A stretch of 64,000 bases of DNA, taken from the NCBI GenBank assembly GCA_964019335.1, contig OZ025651.1:186001-250000 (forward strand), in the 5' to 3' direction. The position numbers were made by a program, and so were the translations under genes. The notes beneath the pieces were generated by a model. It saw nothing but the letters and a program-made list of their open reading frames with translations, searched no databases and was not told the origin of the DNA. The DNA is from Diplonema japonicum. Its lineage: Eukaryota > Protista > Euglenozoa: Diplonemea. Shown piece after piece: positions 1 to 10,225 of the stretch. Positions within the stretch are counted from its first letter, which is position 1, and every line of letters begins with the position of its first letter.

Positions 1-602
1 AGAACACCGTTTGGTTTGAGCTGGGAAAGGGTTTCCTCCATCGCCTTGATGTCGCCGTCAGGGTTTAGCGGGTCCCCGTACCGCCCAAGCCCATCGTGGT
101 CGAACGAGGACATCGAGAAGGCGGCGTCAAGGTTCGTACAGTGTTCCGAGCCATCCCTGCACTCCTCCACAGTCACCGTTGTGATCCCGTCGTAGTCGTA
201 CGTTATTTTGTTGTACTCAATGGTGATGGCTTCCTTCGCACCGTGGACGAGGGCAACTGCTTCGAACCAAGGTTCCATTGAGCCGTAGACCCCTACCCTC
301 GAGTCCTTCAGAAGGGGGTATTTCTCCAGCGCGGAGAATATCCACATTCTTTTGTTGTCTACCTTCAGGTTGACGCCTTTCCTTTTCATCCTCTCTGCTG
401 CGTCCACGAACCCTTGAACGTTTTCCTTTGCATACTTGTAGTGGGTGCCCTTCCCCTCCGGGCCCGTGTCATCCACAAACATGTCTGCCACTGGTATCTT
501 CCCTTCTAAAGTATAGCTTTGCACCAAATCTTCAGGCATTTCCCGTGGCGGCCCTGACAGCACCGTACAAGCTACCACTACGGCATAGGTTATGGATGCC
601 AT
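1..602 (-). CDS. DUF268-family (SAM-methyltransferase-like) protein, 5' part; runs off the window end
   Basis: Manual translation from ATG at 602 is open to position 1: MASITYAVVVACTVLSGPP...GSMEPWFEAVAL...TIEYNK...SSFDHDGLGRYGDPLNPDGDIKAMEE...LKPNGV. This matches the DUF268 signature SS.EH.GLGRYGDP..P.GD...M....LKPGG. Absent from the ORF track because there is no stop in the window. Confidence 0.8.
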   Translation of the reverse strand, partial: MASITYAVVVACTVLSGPPREMPEDLVQSYTLEGKIPVADMFVDDTGPEGKGTHYKYAKENVQGFVDAAERMKRKGVNLKVDNKRMWIFSALEKYPLLKDSRVGVYGSMEPWFEAVALVHGAKEAITIEYNKITYDYDGITTVTVEECRDGSEHCTNLDAAFSMSSFDHDGLGRYGDPLNPDGDIKAMEETLSQLKPNGV

Positions 603-875
603 TTTGTTTCTCCTTTTTTTGTCTCAAATGATGAAACGATAAAAAAAAGGGGGGGGGGGGACAAGCTGGAGAAACTAAAAAAAAAAACCACATAGAGGGT
701 TCCTCCTTTATTTTTTTACTTACTTTTACCCACTTTTTCTTTTTTTGTTTCTCTCTCTCTCTCTTTTTTTTTTTTTTTTTTTTTGTATTGCCGTTGAGTT
801 GGCACCCTATTCATTTTTCTATATTTTTTTTCACTCCCCCCTTCTTTCCCTCCGGGAAAAAAAAATAAGAAGTAA

Positions 876-907
<32 letters not shown>

Positions 908-909
908 TC

Positions 910-1200
910 GATCTATTTGTGCGATCCTACACGTGCCAGGTGCCGATCGTCGGGTTTGCCTTTCAGTCTGCGCTAAGAACATCTGCCGCAGTCTCTTCAG
1001 AAGCGGTGTTCACGCGCGAACACCCCGGGCCAGGGGCGTCTCAGGATTGGAATGCGATCAAAGCACATTTGACAAAATCCAGCGCCAAAAGCCGCTCAAC
1101 GACAATTTGGTGTTGCAGTGCCTCCTCCAGTTGTGCTGCTGTCGTCTTGGTGTTTCTTCACGCAAGGCCGCAGGTGCGTCCTACGGCTTTCACGTAATAG
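910..1200 (-). pseudogene. Decayed non-LTR reverse transcriptase fragment
   Basis: Minus strand reads ...AAQLEEALQHQIVVERLLALDFVKC, then after a 2-nt shift FDRIP, then LLKRLRQMF. This parallels ALDIEESLLEGKPLVGVALDFAKCFDSVP...ILRALKGMY in the intact RT at 10226-13288. Contains stops and frameshifts. Confidence 0.55.
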
Positions 1201-1982
1201 TACCCCAACACATAAAAAGGGAGAGAGAGAAGGGGAAGAATATGTGGCAAGAATGGAATTCTGAACGGGCACACACACAATAGAGTTGCATCTGCTCACA
1301 ACTCTATAGACTCTCCAGCTTGCAGTATAGAAAAAGATCATTCGGGAAGCCTTATGATCAGAAAGGGGAAGGCCGAAGTACGTCAACTCACATGGCGGTC
1401 TTAGTCATTGCTTACAAAGAAAAAGAAAAGAAAAAAAGCACTTTTTTTTTTACTGATAGAATGTTCTTATTTGAGTCAAAAAAAAAAAAACGGGGAGGGG
1501 AAGCTGAGAAACCAACAAAGACCGTAACGAAAAAAAAGAGAGAGAGAAATAAAATAAAGTTCACCCTTCCTCTCACAGACAACTTACCGATCTATAATAC
1601 ACATCCCCACCATTCTTTTTTTCTTTCCCCCCGCCTAATTCTTGTTTGTTTCCCCTTAACCACTAAAACCGGACGCCAGAGAGGCGTGCAACGCAAGCTA
1701 AATCTGGGCTAGAATCTCCAGAGGTCACTTCTCCATAAATAAACCACTTTGTATGGTTAAATCCTGCCATTTTTTGAATTTCTTAAGGCCTAAAAGTCCT
1801 AAAGGAAATGGGGGCTGTGGGCTTAGTGGTTAAATAAAAAAGATCTACTTTGAACCTTTTGCTGCATTGTATCTACTCCCCTCCCCCTCCCCCCATCACT
1901 TCTTCTTCTCTAGCTTTAGTTCGAGGCTTGCAAGCTTATTGATGTTCGCGGCAAGCAGGGCTTCAATGTCTATTTTTTATTC

Positions 1983-4900
1983 TTAAAAACTTTCCTCCGG
2001 CTTTATTGACCACATACCTTGAGTCCCCCTTAATGAACCCCCGTCAAGCAAGCTGGTACTGCGCGACACCTGTGAGTCCAAAAGGTTCCTGCCTTGTCCG
2101 TGCCCAGACACGGAGAGTGCGTCTTTGAGGGTTTTCGGTCTGTTGCTAGACAACGAAAGGGAACTGTTTTTCCTTTCTAACTCAGCAAGAGGAAGCACTT
2201 CGGGTAAGGTGCCCCTAATAGGTGCGGAGTAAGGCCTGCCGAACCTATCCGCCTTGTCATGGAGAACACGCAGCGGGGGTGACGCAGTGCGTAGTGGTGC
2301 ATTGGTGTGCTTCAACGGGGATAGCATGCGCCTGTGCCTCGTCGTGCTCTGCTCTACTGCCAATGGTTTTTGGAGGATGCTTGCCCCCATGCCCATGAGC
2401 ATGCCCATGCCCCCCCAAGCGTCTGCTGACAAAGACATGCTGTGCCTTTCGGACAGCACCCTCTTCACTGTTCGTATGTCTGCCGTTGCTGCCCTGTTTT
2501 CCAAAGCCTCGACCGACCTCCTCTGCCGTGCCACCTCAACCCTTGGGCACTCATCATCGCTCGCCCCATCCAGCCTCGGTGTTCTTGCATACCTCCCTAT
2601 GCTCGCCACCGTTCCCGGCCGTCCCTCAAACACCTGCATGGTAGACCACGAGTCCTTTGTCTGCGACAAGACGCTCTCTGGCAGGCTCGGCACCCGCACC
2701 CTGGTCCCTTCATCGATCTCCACAATTATCGTCCGCTCCGCCTCGTCGTCGCTCACGGACTTCGCCACTTTTTTCTTTCTTCTCTTCGTTTTCTTCACGC
2801 TCACCTCTGTTACTGTTGACACCTCCGACTGCCGCAGCGAGCAGGGCGTCGCCTCCCACAAGGGTACTTCTTCCTGTGCTGTGTTGCTGCACATCTAACT
2901 GCATACCTGTTCGCTGTGTAGCGGCTCTTGCGAACCGTCGTGCTGCGGGTGAACAAATGTGGTCTCGCCTGCCATTGATTGGCCAAATTCAGACCGCCCT
3001 GGGCTGTACTCCTCTCCCTCATCGACAGGTAGAGAGAAGGACACTGACTCGTCAACAGCATTCTCAACAGTAGGCGACGGCAGTGCCCCTTGCAGCGGTT
3101 CCTCAGCTGCTTGGTACACAGCTGGGCTTGTTGGCCGCATACAAGGGGTGAAGTATTCAGGGGGTGCCAAGGGAGTAGTCTCGCCAAGGAAGTTATGTTC
3201 CTTACCTGTCCACTTGCAGAACCTAGCAGCGGACTCTTTTGAGCAGCCGCAGTCGGGGCAGACACTATGCTCTTGCGACGGTGTCGTGGGCAGAAGGGGA
3301 GCCACGTGCATCAGAGCTTGAGGGGGTGTCGACACTGCTGGGGGCACTGTTGCTGGCTCAGGAACGGATGTCTGCATAGGAACATGGGACTCCCGTGCAT
3401 GTGCATGTGCGTGTGGTACGTGTGGCAGTGACACAGGAAGGGGGACTGGCTCGGGTTCAGGAACTTGCGATACCGGAACAAGTACAGGAACGGGTGCCGC
3501 TATGGGTGCGGGCACCGGAGCAGGCATGGGAGCGTCGAACCCATGTGGCAGTGCCTCAGGAATAGTCGGCTGATGCCGATCATGAGGTGGTGCCGTGATG
3601 CCGTTGGAGGCAAGTGCTTGTGAAGCAAGATAGTTTTGGTCAGGGATATCAAGCGGTAAGTCTGGTGGCATACTTCCCGGGTTGTTCAGGGGGACTTTCG
3701 CAGCTCCCAGGGATACTTCTGACTGCAGAGAGGGCTGCGGCAGCGGGTGATCACCAGTGTGTGGTGTCATGCTCTGCGATGGGGGCTCCTCTTGCAACAG
3801 CCTCGGCGTTTTTTTCGCGCCCTTCTCTGCTTGTATGGCTTCTGCTAGCTTCCTCTCAAGCATCTCGTCTTGCTTTCGTTCTTCGTCCTTTTCTTTCTTC
3901 AGCCGTTCCTCTTTCAGACGCTGCTGTTCTTCTAGCTCTCTTCTCCACTGCAGCTTAGCTTCCTGTTCCTTTTTCATCCTTGCGATGTCGTTGTCCGACG
4001 CTACCACAGGTCGCCCGTTGATCCAGGTTGTTGCCCCGGCAAGGCTTCCTGGAGTAGGACGCATACTCACAGGTTCAGGCTTGGGTGATGGTGGTGGTGA
4101 AGGCGTTTTGTGTGTGGTTTCCTTATCGCCCTGCTGGGCTCGTATTTGTCTCTCCAGTTCTTGACGGTACCGCTCCTGCTTCAACTTCTGTTCCGATCGC
4201 AGCTCAACTTGCGTCTTGCCGATGTTGTCACTGCTTGAGCTCGGCCTGTTTGTATTGAGCTCCCTTGATGAGGGTCTGACGATCGCGTCACGGCTGAGCT
4301 GCTCCCGAACACCCATGGCATCCGAAGGCAGTGAATGTGACTGATGCTGCAGCGGCGCTTGTTGCTCTGCAGCCCTGTTATGGGAGTATGTGTTGTACGG
4401 GGCCTGCTGCTGCTGCTGCTGCTGTTGTTGTTGTTGTTGCATGTACTGCTGCATCTGCATCTGTTGCATGAACATTTGCTGCTGTGCATAGAAGGCTTGC
4501 AGTTGTTCAGGTGTGTAATTGCTTTCGTTTTGCACAGGCACAACAGGCGCCACAGGCTGGGCAGGCGTAAAGAATGCCTCTTGTTGCACAGATGTTGCAG
4601 AAGGATACATCCCAGTCACAGGTGGTGGGTACACGGCAGGGGGTGTTACGTACGCAGGAGGTGGTTGCTGCATGGGCGGCATCACAGGCTCTGCTGGCGG
4701 TGTGGGCGATCCATTCCGCGGAGGAACTACTTCCGAAGGGCCACCACCTGAGGGTTGCTGCTGTGGTCGTTTTTGTTTAAGTTGTTCTTCCAGAGCATTC
4801 TTGTACTCTTCCTGTAACCTACGCTTGTCGTTCAGCTGCGATCCTCTCCTGCCAGCCGGTGCCTCGGCTTTCCCCAAACTCCCGAAAAAGTCCCCCTGCT

Positions 4901-5015
4901 GTGTCACCTGGTTGTCTTTCACCTTCATCTCTTCCTTAATCCTCCGCTGCTCATCTAGCTCCTGTTTGTACTGCCTCTGCTTCGCCACCTTGTCATGCGA
5001 GACACCTCCGATCAT
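1983..5015 (-). CDS. Large Q/P-rich coiled-coil protein with repeated 'Y++ELE.Q' motifs (CCDC66/CSPP1-like, tentative); one 33-nt intron at 2874-2906
   Basis: ORFs 2895-5063 and 1983-2894 are in frame and are joined by removing GTATGCAGTTAG...GCACAG (33 nt, contains the TAG). ATG at 5015 follows a CAG. Motifs YKQELDEQ, YKNALEEQ, YRQELERQ and WRRELEEQ; polyQ near 4404-4440; small CPDCG...RFCKWTG zinc-ribbon-like motif. Confidence 0.75.
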
Positions 5016-5222
5016 CCTGACCACAAGGATGGTATTTTCTTTCCTAACTCGTGAGTGCACCAAAAGCTATTACTTTAGCAGCATAGTTGATGTGACGGTA
5101 GGGGGGTAGTGCTCTGTGGCGATGGCGTGAAGTCGAAGAAAATAGCTAATAGACAACCTTATGAATTACTGGTGTATCACGAATTATTGGGTAGCATCGA
5201 TATACCCCCTGGTATATAGAAC

Positions 5223-8200
5223 CTACAACGTAACTTTATCTTTGAGGCTCTCGTTTGTCGTCTCAAGTTCACTCTCTGAATCTTGGGGCACATGCACCTC
5301 GGGAATCGTATTGAGTAGTTGCTTTCTTCGTTCAATCCACTGTGAGTGTGCATAATGATGGAAGCACATACCTTGCCAATCATGATCCCTATGCCGAGCA
5401 CAACAATCAGCAGGACACCCAGCACACCAACGAGGACCTCTTGGCTTCTATCTTTCGTGCCGGAAGTACCAGTACGGGTGCCCGTAGGAGCGGTGGTAGG
5501 AGTTTCAGTAGGACTTGCAGTCGGGGTTGTTGTGGGACCTGCTGTTGGAAGTGCAGTCGGGGCTGTTGTGGGACCTGCTGTGGGAACTGCAGTCGGGGTT
5601 GTTGTGGGACCTGCTGTGGGAAGTGCAGTCGGGGCTGTTGTGGGACCTGCTGTGGGACCTGCTGTGGGAACTGCAGTCGGGGTTGTTGTGGGACCTGCTG
5701 TGGGAACTGCAGTCGGGGCTGTTGTGGGACCTGCTGTGGGACCTGCTGTGGGAACTGCAGTCGGGGTTGTTGTGGGACCTGCTGTGGGAAGTGCAGTAGG
5801 GGCTTCTGTAGGACTTGCAGTCGGGGCTGTTGTGGGACCTGCTGTGGGAACTGTAGTCGGGGCTACTGTAGGAATTGTGGTCGGGGTTGAAGTAGGGAGT
5901 GCCGTTGGTGCTGCAGTGGGGATAGCAGGAGGACTCGTCGTGGGTACATCTGTGGGCGTGATGGGGGATGCTGTTGCGGGGGCTACTGTAGGATTACCAG
6001 AATAGAACTTCATTTCGAACCCTGCACCTGGCCCTATTAGATCAGACTCGAAAACCACGAGCGTAGGCCCCGTTACTTCGACAGACTGCTGGTCCCCATT
6101 TCTACCGTTGTACTCCACTACAGGGTGCCCTTTGTCCTCGCTGCCCTTGTACACCCACACGTGGTCGTAGCTTACTTCAATGTCGAAAGATGTGAATTTC
6201 AACTGCACCGTTGCGGTGGGTGCGACGTCGAACAGCCACATGCACCTCAGTGAGTTCTCATAGTGGTGTTCCCCGTTAATGTGCACCCATCCGCTAATGT
6301 CGGTGATTTCCACCACCTCCTTGTCCTTGCAGTAGTAGGCGGGCGTTTCACAATCTTTTCCCAAGAACCCAGGTTTGCAGTACTCGCACAATTCGCCTGC
6401 CCAGTTCCCGTGGCAGGTGCAGTGCTTCTCTAAAGGGTCGCCTGACAGGGGGCCACAAGTCCCGTGGTTATTGCAGCTGCATTTGTTGTCACAGTTTGGT
6501 CCGTACATCCCGTGTACACATGTTTCGCATCTAGTACCTTGGAAGTTTGCATCACATTTGCACTGGTTGTTCCCCACACAAACACCGTTGTTGTTGCAGT
6601 AAACCTCACTGGAGCACAGAGAGCAGTCCACATGGTGGTATTTGATGTCACATTGACAAGTACCTTCCATGCATGTCCCCCTTGAAGGACCTCCGCAGTC
6701 CCCGGGGCACCCAATATCGTCTGTGTCTTCTATCCCAGGAGCAGTTACCACCAACGAAAAAGGCACACCATCGTAGGCTCCGTGCTCTACTACGTGGTAC
6801 CCATAAACGTACACGGTGTAGGCCCCAGCCACGGCCTCTGTCGTCACCTGCTCCACAACATTCACCCTGTCGTAGCCTGTTTGTTGTGTCGCCGTCACTG
6901 AACGCACAATGCTACCATCCGCTTTCTTGAGGACAAGGTCCAAGTCGTTGACTAGGGCCTTCGCAGACCCCTTTGCTGCAGGGGGGTCAGACCACACCAG
7001 TGTCACCTTTACTGTCTTCGCAAGCGATTTCGCAATGTTACCGTCTGTCAGGAAAGCGTATTTATATACTCCGTCCTGTCCCAGCGTCTGGTTGTGCGCT
7101 ATCTTGACATGTGTCTTGTCCGTCATCCAATCCTGTGTCCCTGAGAAGTACAAGATGTCTTGCAATGCCATGCGCCCAAACCCTGTGTATGCATCGATGT
7201 ACGAGGCGGCATTGCCGGACCTGCCACTGTGCAGGATCATGGCCTTGACGAGCGTGTTTGCCGGCACCATGCTAGCTGTGGCGTCCTTCTGCCCTCTGGG
7301 GTGCCACCCCTCCATGAAGTACTGACGGATCAGAGCGGCGGCTGCAGAAACAAAGGGTGCTGCCATGCTGGTACCGTGTCTCTTATCAGTCTTACAGGTG
7401 GCGCTGGGTGTCAGGCCACTTGTGTGTGCTGAGGTGATTTGGTTACCAGGTGCCATGATCTCGGGCTTGATGCGGTGGTCCCAGGTGGGGCCAGCAGCGG
7501 ACGTGAATGAACGCGACCTGCCGCTCTCCAGCTGCACGTTCATGTGCGAGCCGACTGCGATGACGTTCTTGGCAGAAGCAGGAGACAGCACACCATCTTT
7601 TACACCGCCGTTGCCCGCAGCAGCGACGACAGTGAAGTCGGAATGTTTAAACATGAACTCGTCAGCCTCGCTGTCGAGAGTGACGTACTTCTCGGGCTTC
7701 CCGTTGCCCCATGAGTTGTGAGAAACCTTGGCGCCGATGTCCCGTCCGGTGGCAAAGTACACGCGCAGGTCGTACGGGAGGGTCAGCCCGATGGAAGTGT
7801 GTGACATGTCGTAGAAGAAGACTTTTGCATCGGGTGCAAGCCCGTTGTAATCAGTTTGCTGGGATAAGGTGTTCCCTGCCAGCGATCCCGTCACGTGCGA
7901 CCCGTGCCCGACTGCGTCTGTCATGTCGATCGTTCCCTCGTAGTTCTCGTATCTTTTGTAGGAGATGATCTTCCTGTGGTCGTAGCTGACGTTGGGGTAC
8001 ACAGCCACGCTCAGCAGTGGATCGGAGAAGAAGCACGACTGCACATCAACACCAGTGTCCCCTACCATGACGATCTGCCCGGAACCTGAGATCTTGCCGT
8101 ACGGGTTGTCCCACAGGGGACGAGCCCCAGGGTCGTCGGACTGGGTGATTGAAGTTGCCATCTTGTTGGTTAGCGTGGCGGGGGTGTACGCCCGCACTAA

Positions 8201-8755
8201 GGATATCTCTCGGTGTTTAGCGAGGAGAGACTTAATCTCACGTGCTGCAACGGACGGGTCTGTGAAGGTGGCAAAATACCTCGTGAGGCCAACGCGCTCA
8301 AGTCGCAAAGCACCTGAGCACGAAAACCCGTCCATCTCCTCAGCGAAGTCGATCAAGTAGCTGGACGTGTCGTCGCGAAGGCCTTCAAGTCGACTGTGCG
8401 TGGCATGCAGCCTCCTCAAGTCTTTGATCACCCATCCCTTCTCCGAGCTCAGCCTCAATATTTCCCCAAGCTTTGCATATACCTTGTATGATCTCGCAGG
8501 AACGAGTTCCACATTGTTGCACTGAAGGCCGTCCTCCATCTCAGTAATTGATTTGGGTGCGTGCCCTTTCTTATATGTAACTAGATGGTGCCATTTGTCG
8601 CGCAATGCTGTTTCAGTGTGGTGCTTTTCATGGACAGACATCTTCTTGCATTTCTCAAGCTTGTGGTAGTGTATCGTCTCAGTGCAAGTACCCCCTTCAA
8701 CGGACACAATGCTTATAAACGCAAGAAGGAATACAGAGAAAACCTGCATTTGCAT
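5223..8755 (-). CDS. Membrane-anchored subtilisin-like S8 serine protease (Kp43/TagC-like) with EGF repeats, CUB domain, Thr/Pro stalk and TM helix; 32-nt intron at 5340-5371
   Basis: Catalytic motifs GDTG, HGSHVTGS, AAAGN and GTSMAAP. Signal peptide MQMQVFSVFLLAF, EGF-like Cys repeats, CUB-like segment (CMWLF...FDIEVSYDHVWVY) and TM VLVGVLGVLLIVVLGIGIMIG. Removing GTATGT...TCACAG gives the tail WIERRKQLL...VTL*. Confidence 0.9.
5505..5900 (-). repeat. Coding minisatellite (12-bp PTxx units in 48/60-bp higher-order blocks) encoding a mucin-like stalk
   Basis: Repeated ctgcagtcggggttgttgtgggacctgctgtggga-type units; peptide PTAGPTTTPTAV repeated. Confidence 0.9.
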
Positions 8756-9399
8756 TGTGTTTGTAGCTTCCTTCGGTTGGATATGTTGTACAACGAAAGG
8801 TAGTGCAGCAACGGAAAAATAGCAGCAAGCTGGGGGGGGGGGGGGGGGGGGGGAGAACAAAATGTCGGAATCCAGAGTGAATTTTCCCTTGACGTGGGTT
8901 CCGTCATGTGAGGCAATTGTCCTTCGTGTCCTTTTCAATGGGAGAATAGGCACCGAGGATACAAAGAAGAAATGAATCAAAAAAAAAGCTTGTATTTGAT
9001 TCGGTCAAAAAATCAGAAGCAATAAAGAAATGTGTATGATATTTACGAATCAAAGTTGAGTTCTTTCCTTTTTTTTCTCTCTCTTCCCCTTCTACCCCCC
9101 CCCCCCCCCCCCATCCGTAAATTGAATTTACTGATTTGTGCGTGTTCACACGTCTCTTACTTATACTTTTTCCTTTTCCCTCATTTTTCTTCCTAAAGAA
9201 AAGCAACGAAAAAACTCAAGAAAAACTATTAAAAAAAACGGAAGCAAGGGGGTTAGAGTTTGCTAAAAAAAAAAGAAAAATGAACATTATTTTCAAAAAA
9301 AATCTCATTAAATTAAATCTTACCACCCACCCGATCAGGTTCAGGCTTGAGATGAACACCTCTTTACAGCGGCGTTTAGTTTTTCTTCAGCTCCCCTCT

Positions 9400-9858
9400 T
9401 CACGGGTCGCTGAGGTCGTCAAATATATTATCATTATTTTCAGCGTATACATTACCAGACCCCCTACCCCGGACGGCCATTTCCTCCATCTGACCTTGAC
9501 GAAGATTTGCGTAATTCTTGGATTTCTTTCGCCTCACGAGGATCTGCGTGGGGGGGGGAGGGGGGGTTTCACGAGAAAAAGAAAAAAAAAAGAATACCTT
9601 GTATCCCATGATACAAATTACTATCAGCAATATGACTGCGCCTATGTAAGTTGTGTTGCCTAGGCTGCCACCAGAACCACTTGATTGCTTTCCGATAGGC
9701 TTTGGAGACGATGACGACGATGACGCGACTGGTGTTTCTGGTGCCTGAGGGGTCGGTGAGCTGTCGTATTCGGCATCAACAGGCCCGTCGTCAGTGACTG
9801 CGGTGACTGCACACGTAATCTGAACAAGAAGGAGGGTGAGCAGAAACCGGTCCATCAT
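9400..9858 (-). CDS. Small type-I membrane protein (signal peptide, S/T/P-rich ectodomain, one TM); probable 54-nt intron at 9544-9597
   Basis: Signal MMDRFLLTLLLVQITCAVTA and TM YIGAVILLIVICIMGY. The FFFFSF...PPPPP stretch is an in-frame GTATT...CGCAG intron made of T and C runs. The 3' end is uncertain (a further intron is possible). Confidence 0.7.
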   Translation of the reverse strand: MMDRFLLTLLLVQITCAVTAVTDDGPVDAEYDSSPTPQAPETPVASSSSSSPKPIGKQSSGSGGSLGNTTYIGAVILLIVICIMGYKVFFFFSFSRETPPPPPTQILVRRKKSKNYANLRQGQMEEMAVRGRGSGNVYAENNDNIFDDLSDP

Positions 9859-10225
9859 TTTCTTTTTTTTTTTTTCCCTTTCAAATAAAAACTCTCACCC
9901 GAAGAACAGAAAAGATATCGAACGAAAACAAAAAAAAAAAAAGAAAAAAAAAATACCCTGCATACTGGGAAATAGGGGGAAGGGGAGATAAATAACACAA
10001 AAAATCTTACAGGGGGGAAAAAAAGAAAATACAAGAGTAAGTGGTGGGGCACTACCACGAAGTGTTCGGTAACTCAAAGGCGGGGGAGGGCGATGAAAAG
10101 AAAATGGCCTCCCCTCTCCCCTCAGGATTATTTGCTATACCTCCTGTGAAGAGAATTTTAAAAAAAAGAAAAAAAATATATGAGTTAAAGGAAGTCTTTG
10201 TGAGACGCCCCCTTGTTCTCATGCT

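Noticed and set aside
2874-2906. In-frame TAG followed directly by ATG, suggesting stop readthrough or a reassigned genetic code
   Set aside because: It lies within a 33-nt GTATG...CAG intron like the others. Every internal stop I examined in host genes is explained by such introns.
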